The notes under the pieces are model-generated. The model worked only from the letters and a program-made list of their open reading frames with translations. It searched no databases and was not told the DNA's origin. Shown here in pieces: positions 37,933 to 45,510 of a stretch of 64,000 nucleotides of DNA; positions within the stretch are counted from its first letter, which is position 1; the number at the start of each line of letters is the position of its first letter. Source of the stretch: Candidatus Scatosoma sp. (GTDB lineage Bacteria > Bacillota > Clostridia > Christensenellales > Borkfalkiaceae); assembly GCA_045644545.1 (NCBI GenBank), contig JAZRHC010000029.1:13868-77867 (forward strand), written 5' to 3'. The translations under genes and the position numbers were made by a program.

Positions 37933-39222
37933 ATGGCGCAACAAAAGAAAGGGTTTATCACCCGTATGCTCGAAGGCAAGGAAAAAAGCGAGGAATACGC
38001 AAGAAGTACTTTGCCTACCAATCGCTGGCAGTTGTTCTGGGACGTGTTCAAGGGCAACTTCGGCAAAATCGTAAAAATCAATCTGTTGACTTTATTGTTC
38101 TTTATTCCGCTTATCGCGATTATCGTGATTCGAATTATGATCGGCGAAAGCAACGGGATCATTTATCCCTTCGGGGCGAATCTTGCGGTGGGATATCCCG
38201 CCGCGCCCGCTCTGCAAGGGCTTGCGGAAATGCTTACCCTTCAAAGCGATTTATTCGCGTATATTGCGATCGTGATTTCTATGTTTATCGCCGCGGTCGG
38301 GCTTTCGGGCGGTATGTACGTCGTACGCAATATGATCTGGACGGAAGGCGTGTTCGTCGCGAACGATTTTTGGCGCGGCGTAAAACTCAATTATAAAAAC
38401 GCGTTGCAAGCGAGCTTGTTCTTTACGCTTATTTTAACGCTTTGTATGACGCTCGTCAATTTCTCGGAATTTTCGCTTTCAATTTCGGATACGAGTACGG
38501 CGCAGGAGGTTTGGTTTAAAATTTCCGAAGCGTTCAGCTACGTTCTCGTGGTGGTCGCGGGGTTAATGACCCTTTGGATGATCGCGCTCGGCGTCAATTA
38601 CGAGCAGAAATTTTTCGTGCTTTTGAAAAATTCCTTCTTAATTATGCTCGGCACGTTGCCGCAGACGATCTTCTTCGGCGCGATTGCTTTGTTGCCGTTA
38701 ATCTTATTCCTGTTGGGCGGCTCGTTCTTTATGATGCTCGCCATCGTATTTTTGATTTTGTTCAGCTTTTCCTTCCTGCTTCTCGTTTGGTTGGATTTTG
38801 CGCAATGGGTGTTCGATAAATATATCAACCCGAAGATCGAAGGCGCGAGAGTGGGCAGAGGTATTTACAACAAAGACGGTTCGTCCTCGCTCGACGGCGA
38901 AAGCGCGGCGGCGATCGAATATCAACGTGCGATCCTTGCGACGGGCAGATCTCGCCTCGTCGCCCGCCCGATCAAGCCGATCGACGACGATTTGCAAATA
39001 TACGATCTTCCCACTTCTTTCACCCGCGAGGATTTAAAGCGTCTGCGCGAAAGCAAGCAAAATATCGCGGAGGATACCGAAGCGTATGCGGAAGAGCATA
39101 AGAACGACTTGAAATACGTTGAATATAACAAGATATTCGACGAGCGTGAAAAAGCCCTTCAAGAAGAGGACGCAAAGGGGAAGCGTAAAAAACGCAAGCC
39201 ACCCAAAATGCTTGGAGAATAA
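37933..39222 (+). CDS. Hypothetical polytopic membrane protein (YesL/DUF624-like N-terminus) with a charged cytoplasmic tail
   Basis: The segment NRWQLFWDVFKGNFGKIVKINLLTLLFFIPLIAII resembles DUF624 proteins. About 6 TM segments. The C-terminal 130 aa are K/E/D-rich. Confidence 0.5.
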   Translation: MAQQKKGFITRMLEGKEKSEEYARSTLPTNRWQLFWDVFKGNFGKIVKINLLTLLFFIPLIAIIVIRIMIGESNGIIYPFGANLAVGYPAAPALQGLAEMLTLQSDLFAYIAIVISMFIAAVGLSGGMYVVRNMIWTEGVFVANDFWRGVKLNYKNALQASLFFTLILTLCMTLVNFSEFSLSISDTSTAQEVWFKISEAFSYVLVVVAGLMTLWMIALGVNYEQKFFVLLKNSFLIMLGTLPQTIFFGAIALLPLILFLLGGSFFMMLAIVFLILFSFSFLLLVWLDFAQWVFDKYINPKIEGARVGRGIYNKDGSSSLDGESAAAIEYQRAILATGRSRLVARPIKPIDDDLQIYDLPTSFTREDLKRLRESKQNIAEDTEAYAEEHKNDLKYVEYNKIFDEREKALQEEDAKGKRKKRKPPKMLGE

Positions 39223-39256
39223 TTTTTTAACCCGCCGCACGGCGGAAAGGAGCCGT

Positions 39257-39991
39257 ATGGAGAGAAAGAACGCCTACGCGAATCTTGCCAAATGGTTTGA
39301 ATATCTCAACGACGACTGCGACTATGAAAACTGGTCGCAGTATTTAGTTGCGGGGCTGAAAGCCTATCCGCTTACCGCAGGGCTGGATATCGGTTGTGGG
39401 GGCGGGTGGTTTACGCGCGCGTTCGAGCGGGCGGGCTACCGAATGACGGGGCTGGATATTTCCCCCGAAATGCTTGGCTTTGCCGAGGAACAAGCCCGTA
39501 AAGAAGGGGTGAGAAGCGCGTATCTTTTAGGAGATATCGTAAAGACTAAGCTACCCAAACGGTTTGATTTTGCCTCTGCCGTAAACGATTGCGTAAATTA
39601 TATTCCCAAAGAAAAATTACGTTCGGCGTTTAAAAACGTTCATTCTGCGTTAAATAAAAACGGGATATTCGTGTTTGACATCAGCTCCGAACGAAAATTT
39701 CGCGAAAAGATTGCAGATACTGTTTGCGTTGACGATCGCGACGAAGTTACCTATTTATGCTTTAATCACGCGGAAAACGACCGTGCGACGCTCGACGTAA
39801 CGCTGTTTATAAAAAACGTCGACGGCTCGTACGACCGCCGCGACGAACGGCATTTGCAATATATATATAAGGAAGAAGAAATCGTCGCCGCGCTTGAAAA
39901 CGGCGGATTCAAACTGTTGAAGGCGGAAGGGCATTTAGGGGAAGAAAAAGAAAAAAGCGACCGAATCTGTTTTTGGGCGCAGAAGATTTGA
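39257..39991 (+). CDS. Class I SAM-dependent methyltransferase
   Basis: SAM-binding motif I is GLDIGCGGGWFT. ATG at 39257 follows AAAGGAG. Confidence 0.75.
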   Translation: MERKNAYANLAKWFEYLNDDCDYENWSQYLVAGLKAYPLTAGLDIGCGGGWFTRAFERAGYRMTGLDISPEMLGFAEEQARKEGVRSAYLLGDIVKTKLPKRFDFASAVNDCVNYIPKEKLRSAFKNVHSALNKNGIFVFDISSERKFREKIADTVCVDDRDEVTYLCFNHAENDRATLDVTLFIKNVDGSYDRRDERHLQYIYKEEEIVAALENGGFKLLKAEGHLGEEKEKSDRICFWAQKI

Positions 39992-40000
39992 GGATAAACT

Positions 40001-40846
40001 ATGAAAAATACTTTGCGCTGTCTCGTTTTTGACGATCAAGTTTCGTTGACTATGATCGATACGACGGAGCTTGTTCGGCAAGCGGTAAAACTACATAACC
40101 TTTCCCGTCCTGCGGCGATAACGCTCGGAAAAACGCTTTCGGCGGTCGCGTTTATGAGCGCGTCGCTCAAAGAAGCTACGGGGCAGGTTTCCGCGTCCTT
40201 AAAAGGGGACGGGTTAGGCGGCGCGATAGGCGTTTCGGGCGATTTTGCCCTACATATCCGCGGCTATATCGACGAGCCGAGCGTAGAGGTTGAAGAACGC
40301 GCCGTTTTGGGTGAAAACGGGTCGTTAACCGTCGTTCGCGACGACGGCTATTCCCGTCCTTTCGTCGGCTCTTGCGGGTTTGCCGAAGGGGGCGTAGACG
40401 GTATTTTCGAGGAATATTATCGCATCAGCGAACAGCTTCCAACCTATTTTGGCTCGCGTATCCGTTTCGACGAATCGGGGCAAGTGGCGTTTGCGGGGAT
40501 TACCGTGTTGCAGCCGCTTCCGTTTGCCGATCCCGCGACTCTCGACCGCTTGCCGAAAGGCGAAGAGCTTGGCGCGATTACCGAAGAAATGCAAAAAAAA
40601 GGAATTCTGCAAACGGCGCGGGAATATTTCGCCGTGGAAGAATCGCGAGTCGAATGGAAAACGGCGGTTTATCAATGCCATTGTTCGCGGGCGTATCTCG
40701 CGGAGGTTTTATCCTCGCTCGGCGAAGCGCAGATGCGGCAGATCGTTAAAGAAGACGGCGCGGTGAAGGCGCATTGTCACTACTGTAACACGGATTATTT
40801 ATTCGGCGAAGAAGATATAGAAAAGATTTTTCCGCATAAAGGTTAG
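40001..40846 (+). CDS. hslO: Hsp33 redox-regulated chaperone
   Basis: The C-terminal zinc centre is CHCS...CHYC (CxC...CxxC). The N-terminal segment AITLGKTLSAVAFMSASLK is Hsp33-like. Confidence 0.8.
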   Translation: MKNTLRCLVFDDQVSLTMIDTTELVRQAVKLHNLSRPAAITLGKTLSAVAFMSASLKEATGQVSASLKGDGLGGAIGVSGDFALHIRGYIDEPSVEVEERAVLGENGSLTVVRDDGYSRPFVGSCGFAEGGVDGIFEEYYRISEQLPTYFGSRIRFDESGQVAFAGITVLQPLPFADPATLDRLPKGEELGAITEEMQKKGILQTAREYFAVEESRVEWKTAVYQCHCSRAYLAEVLSSLGEAQMRQIVKEDGAVKAHCHYCNTDYLFGEEDIEKIFPHKG

Positions 40847-40863
40847 GCGGAACGAGGCAGAAA

Positions 40864-42582
40864 ATGGGCAAAAAGGTTCAAAAAATAGATTTTAGCTACG
40901 ACCGTTTGGGGCGTATGGCGGATAAATATTATAACGAGGGGAACTATATTTCCGCTCTCCGTTTTGCGTATAAACAATATTCTGAGTACGGCGGCGACGG
41001 GGACGTATATACTCGACTTGCCGATATCTACGAAAATATGGGACTTCATTCCTCCGCCGTCAATTACTGGTATAAATTTCTCGACGATTGCGAAGTGGAC
41101 GATCTGCCCGATATCTACGAAGGTCTTGCCGTCAATTATCTGAATATGGGCAACGAAAGTCAATCGGCGTATTATTATAATCAGCTTATCAGCGTGGACG
41201 ATACTTTGCCCGAAGAAACCAAATACGAGATTGCAGAAACCTTTTCATCCAAGAAAAAAGACCGTTTTCGCTTCGTTTATCCGCCCGAAAAAGCCGATTA
41301 TTCCAAAGAGCTTGAAAGAGGCTCAATCGCTTTAAAAAACGGCGACCCCGACCGCGCGATCGAGCTTTTAGGGAAGGTTGCGAAAGGATCTAAGGAATAT
41401 CACCGCGCAAAGGAGATGGAAGCGATCGCGTATTTGCTGTCCGAACGGGCGAAAACCGCCGAAAAGATCTGTTTGGATATTTTAGCGGACAACCCCAACA
41501 GCGTGCAAGCGCTGTCCACGCTTGCGGCGGCGTATTTGGAACAGGACAGAATAGAGGAAAGCCGTGCGCTCGCCGTTAAGCTTGCCGCCGAAAAGCAGGA
41601 AAGCTCCGACGAGATTTATAAAGTCGCCACGGTGTGCTGTGAAAACGGCTTACACGAAGAAGCGTATTTAAAATTTCTCGAATTGGAAAACGAAATGCCT
41701 TACGACGGGCGAATGTTGTATTTTAGGGCAGTCGCGGCGGTGAAAAGCGGACGAATTAAGGAAGCAATCGCCGATTTCGACCGTCTTTGCACGATCTATC
41801 CCGACGCGTTCGTCGCGGCGTATTATTTGGATGCGTTGCGCGAATGGAAGGAGAGCGAGCCGTTGCCCGAGCTAACCTATTTTTATCGCGTGCCGATGGA
41901 GGAGAGAGAACGGCGGGGGCAGGTGCTTGCGCAGATCGCAAAAATGAGCAAAGAAGAAGCGGAGCTGTTCGGCGAAATCGCGCAAAACGAAGGGTTTTTC
42001 CGTTGGTGCTTCGACGAAATGGACGGAGCGGATCAAGAATTGCAATATTCGGCGCTCGCCATCGCGGTGCACGCTTCCGCTATGGGATTTATTCGCGAAG
42101 CGCTTTTGGATAGCGAGGTTTCCGACGTGTTGAAAATCGAAACGCTCAGAATGCTGTTGGAACGCAACGAACCCGCCTCGGTCGGAGCGGTGCTTTGCAA
42201 TATCTATCGTAAGCTCCATCTTTTAAAAATCGATATCGGGCGCAAAAAGCGCAGAGTTTTTATCGAAGGCTACGCGTATATCGCCTCGAAATTTATCGTT
42301 ATCAGCGACGGATATGCAAGAAAAATCAAGAATACGGCGGAAAAATTATATCGCGCGGTGGAAACGAACGAGCAATTCGATCTTCTGCAAAACGGCGACG
42401 ATATCGCTTGCGCGATCTACCTTTTAAGCGGGCTGAAAGAGCTCGGTAAAGACGTAGAGCAAGTGTCTGCGGTGTTTGAGGCGAACGCGGCAAAAGTACG
42501 CGTTTTGCTGACTTCTTGCGCGAGCTTGGAATATGCGGAAAACAGGGATAAGAGAGAGGAGAAAGGCTATGAAACTCATTGA
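40864..42582 (+). CDS. Tetratricopeptide-repeat protein
   Basis: Repeated A/Y/L helical-pair pattern, for example GNYISALRFAYKQY, GLHSSAVNYWYKFL and NSVQALSTLAAAYLEQDRIEESRALAVKL. Confidence 0.6.
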   Translation: MGKKVQKIDFSYDRLGRMADKYYNEGNYISALRFAYKQYSEYGGDGDVYTRLADIYENMGLHSSAVNYWYKFLDDCEVDDLPDIYEGLAVNYLNMGNESQSAYYYNQLISVDDTLPEETKYEIAETFSSKKKDRFRFVYPPEKADYSKELERGSIALKNGDPDRAIELLGKVAKGSKEYHRAKEMEAIAYLLSERAKTAEKICLDILADNPNSVQALSTLAAAYLEQDRIEESRALAVKLAAEKQESSDEIYKVATVCCENGLHEEAYLKFLELENEMPYDGRMLYFRAVAAVKSGRIKEAIADFDRLCTIYPDAFVAAYYLDALREWKESEPLPELTYFYRVPMEERERRGQVLAQIAKMSKEEAELFGEIAQNEGFFRWCFDEMDGADQELQYSALAIAVHASAMGFIREALLDSEVSDVLKIETLRMLLERNEPASVGAVLCNIYRKLHLLKIDIGRKKRRVFIEGYAYIASKFIVISDGYARKIKNTAEKLYRAVETNEQFDLLQNGDDIACAIYLLSGLKELGKDVEQVSAVFEANAAKVRVLLTSCASLEYAENRDKREEKGYETH

Positions 42583-43408
42583 TTTCGACGGATTATTCGA
42601 CGAAAAACTCGCGAAATATATCGAAGAAAATAAAGAAAAACACACCGAAAAACAATGGGAAGAAATTATCCCCAGATTATATAAAAAATTCGGCGACACG
42701 TTCGTTGCGAAGATCAAATGCACGCCCAAGGAATACTACGCGAAAATGACGGAAGCCGAGTTGGCGGAAACGCTTGCGGAGCACCTTGCAAAGGAAGTGC
42801 CCGTGCCTGAATTTTTATGCGCGGAAATTGAAAGTCGCGATTCCGTCGCCGCCTTGTTGCCGCTTTTAAAAAGTCAAGACGAAGCGACCGTTTCCTACGC
42901 GATCAACCTAATCGCGGACGATGCGCGAGCGTTTGAAGCGTATTTTGAAATTTTGAAAGAAAACCGTTTGAGCGAGGATATCCAAAACGACGCGGTGGAG
43001 ATTTTCAAGCTCCACGCCGACGAAGTGAAAGAGAAGGTATTTTCCCTTTATAAAGAAGGCTATTCCAAAGAATATTGTTTGGAGATTCTCTCGCGCGTGA
43101 AGGCGCGCGACGAACGCGTATACGAGCTGTTGCTCTCCGCGTTTTTGTCGGCGGGAGAGAAGCTGCCTATGCGTTCGAGCTATCTTGCCGCCTACGGCGA
43201 CGAGCGGGCGTTGCCGCATTTACTCGAACGTATCGAAGATACCACGATCGGCTTCGTCGAGTTTCAGGAGCTAAAATACGCGATCGAGGCGCTCGGCGGC
43301 GAATACGACGAGCCGAGGGATTTTACCGAGGATAAGGACTATCTTGCCGTAGAAGCGGCTGGAAGCGGGATCGGCAAATCGTCCGAGGACGGACTTCCGC
43401 AAAGCTGA
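42569..43408 (+). CDS. Hypothetical helical-repeat (HEAT/PBS-lyase-like) protein
   Basis: ATG at 42569 follows GAGGAGAAAGG and overlaps the TPR gene by 14 nt. AAYGDERALPHLLERI is typical of HEAT-like repeats. Confidence 0.5.
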   Translation: MKLIDFDGLFDEKLAKYIEENKEKHTEKQWEEIIPRLYKKFGDTFVAKIKCTPKEYYAKMTEAELAETLAEHLAKEVPVPEFLCAEIESRDSVAALLPLLKSQDEATVSYAINLIADDARAFEAYFEILKENRLSEDIQNDAVEIFKLHADEVKEKVFSLYKEGYSKEYCLEILSRVKARDERVYELLLSAFLSAGEKLPMRSSYLAAYGDERALPHLLERIEDTTIGFVEFQELKYAIEALGGEYDEPRDFTEDKDYLAVEAAGSGIGKSSEDGLPQS

Positions 43409-43421
43409 TAAACAATAATTT

Positions 43422-43450
43422 TCATAAATTGCTTACTCTTCGCATATAGT
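43422..43450 (+). promoter_or_regulatory. Candidate sigmaE-type sporulation promoter of spoIVA
   Basis: TCATAAA (43422-43428), a 14-nt spacer, then CATATAGT (43443-43450). The Bacillus sigmaE consensus as I recall it is (T/G)(A/C)ATA(A/T)(A/T)-14-CATACA(A/C)T. Confidence 0.45.
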
Positions 43451-43523
43451 AAACCGTGAGGTTTTTATGCGGAGATTTTTTTCGCTCGCAAACACGCAAC
43501 GAATACCACGAAGGGAGGTCGCG

Positions 43524-44990
43524 ATGGAAAATTATAGCGTCTACGAAGATATTGCGAGCCGTACGAACGGCGATATTTACATAGGAGTGGTCGGCCCCGT
43601 ACGCACGGGTAAATCCACCTTTATTAAGCGTTTTATGGAAAAAATGGTGATCCCGTCCGCAGAGCCTGCGCAACGGGCGGTGATGACGGACGAATTGCCT
43701 CAGTCGGCGGCAGGGCGTACCGTAATGACCACCGAGCCGAAATTCGTGCCCGCAAAAGCGGCGAAAATAGCCGTGGCAAAAGGTGCGGAAGCTTCGGTGC
43801 GGCTGGTGGATTGCGTTGGATTTTCCGTGGCGGGCGCAAGCGGCTTTGAGGAAGACGGCGCGCCTCGGCTCGTAAAAACCGCTTGGAGCGAAGAACCTAT
43901 TTCCTTCGAGGAAGCGGCGACGATCGGCACGGAAAAGGTGATCAGGGAACATTCAACGATCGGCGTGCTCGTAACGACGGACGGCAGCGTAACGGATATC
44001 CCGCGGGAAAACTATCTTTCCGCCGAGGAAAGGTCGGTGAACGCCCTCAAAGAGATCGATAAACCGTTCGTGATCTTATTGAATTGCCGTCAGCCCGAAG
44101 CGCAGGAAACGCTTCGAAGCTCTTTGGAGGAAAAATACGACGCCCCCGTGGTCGCGGTGAACGTGGAAACGATGGGCGAAGAGGAGATCGTCCGTATTCT
44201 TCAAAAAGCGCTTTTCGAATTCCCCGTATCCGAGATCGACGTTCGTATTCCCGACTGGATTCGCGCGCTTCCGGAAGAGAATCCCACGGTGGCGTATCTC
44301 ACGGGCGAGCTGAAAAAAGCGGCTTCGAAAATCTTCAAAATGAAAGATTGCTTCGAGCTGGAAAACGTATTTGCGGAAGGGGATTTTTTGCCTCCCGACG
44401 GCGTGGAAATGGAGCTCGGACGGGGCAGGGCGGCAATCACCGTAAAAGCGAAAGAGGAGCTTTTTTATAAGGTGCTCAGCGAAGAATGCGGCGAATCGCT
44501 TGAAAACGATTTGAAGCTGATGCAATTCGTGAAAAGGCTTTCCGAATCCAACCGCCGTTACGAAAAGATCAAGGACGCGTTTGCCGCGGCGGAAGAAAAG
44601 GGCTACGGCGTGGTGCAACCCACGGGCGGAGAGCTCGATTTAGATAAACCGCAGCTCGTCCGTAAAAACGGCGGCTACGGCGTTCGTTTCAAAGCGGACG
44701 CGGCGAGCTATCATATTATTCGGGTCGGCGTGACGGGCGAGATCCAGTCTATCGTCGGCACGAAACAGCAGAGCGAAGCGTTTATAGAGGAAACCTTGCA
44801 AAACTATTCCGAAGACAGAGAAAAGGTTTGGCGGACGAATATTTTCGGAAAGAGTCTTTACGAATTGATGCAAGACGAATTTGCGAAAAAAGCACAGGGT
44901 ATGCCGCCTGAAATCTGCAAAAAAATCAGGCGCGTGATCACCCGCGTAGTCAACGACGGAAAAGGCGGGATCTTTTGTATTCTCTTTTAA
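43524..44990 (+). CDS. spoIVA: Stage IV sporulation protein A (spore coat morphogenetic ATPase)
   Basis: MENYSVYEDIASRTNGDIYIGVVGPVRTGKSTFIKRFME is near-colinear with the B. subtilis SpoIVA N-terminus and Walker A. The C-terminal NDGKGGIFCILF resembles NEGKGGLICIIL. Confidence 0.92.
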   Translation: MENYSVYEDIASRTNGDIYIGVVGPVRTGKSTFIKRFMEKMVIPSAEPAQRAVMTDELPQSAAGRTVMTTEPKFVPAKAAKIAVAKGAEASVRLVDCVGFSVAGASGFEEDGAPRLVKTAWSEEPISFEEAATIGTEKVIREHSTIGVLVTTDGSVTDIPRENYLSAEERSVNALKEIDKPFVILLNCRQPEAQETLRSSLEEKYDAPVVAVNVETMGEEEIVRILQKALFEFPVSEIDVRIPDWIRALPEENPTVAYLTGELKKAASKIFKMKDCFELENVFAEGDFLPPDGVEMELGRGRAAITVKAKEELFYKVLSEECGESLENDLKLMQFVKRLSESNRRYEKIKDAFAAAEEKGYGVVQPTGGELDLDKPQLVRKNGGYGVRFKADAASYHIIRVGVTGEIQSIVGTKQQSEAFIEETLQNYSEDREKVWRTNIFGKSLYELMQDEFAKKAQGMPPEICKKIRRVITRVVNDGKGGIFCILF

Positions 44991-45065
44991 AAGATCGCCC
45001 GATAGAGGGATAAAACGCAAAAAACAGGGGAATACTCTTTGTAAATTCTTTTCAAGGAGTTGTTT

Positions 45066-45203
45066 ATGGGAAAATCGGTAAAAGAGAAGAAAAATAAAAT
45101 CCCCAAGATCACGGAAGCGGAATATGAGGAATATATTTCCTCGTTAAAAGGCGAATCCCCGCAACGACCCGCAGAGTCAACGCGAATCGGAGATAAAAAG
45201 TAA
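45066..45203 (+). CDS. Small hypothetical protein (45 aa, K/E-rich)
   Basis: It encodes MGKSVKEKKNKIPKITEAEYEEYISSLKGESPQRPAESTRIGDKK. AAGGAG lies 7 nt upstream and a terminator follows directly. It is below the ORF-track size cut-off. Confidence 0.4.
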   Translation: MGKSVKEKKNKIPKITEAEYEEYISSLKGESPQRPAESTRIGDKK

Positions 45204-45206
45204 AGA

Positions 45207-45250
45207 AAAAAGTTGCGGCTCGAAAAATTCGGACTGCAACTTTTGTTTTT
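45207..45250 (+). terminator. Intrinsic terminator
   Basis: The stem aaaagttgc...gcaactttt is followed by gttttt. Confidence 0.6.
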
Positions 45251-45373
45251 ATAATTTTGCGCCTACCGTGTCTGCGTTCAACGAAAAAGCAAGCTTTTTT
45301 TGAAAAACCGCGCAAAAATCCTGAAAAATCCAAAAAAATTGCCCTATGGAAAAGATTTTTTTTAGTAAAACTC

Positions 45374-45402
45374 TTGACCCGAACGCAAAGTTGTGTTATA
45401 AT
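45374..45402 (+). promoter_or_regulatory. Near-consensus extended -10 sigmaA promoter of the acidic repeat protein gene
   Basis: TTGACC (45374-45379), a 17-nt spacer ending in TGt, then TATAAT (45397-45402). This places the ORF-track start at 45346 upstream of the transcript. Confidence 0.6.
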
Positions 45403-45510
45403 AATGTCGTGGAAATGTATATCTTTGCTCTTTTAGAGCATAGATACGGCAAAAATCAACGGAAATTACGTTCGCAAAATTCAAAAAGCGAACGAAAACA
45501 GAGGTGTAAT

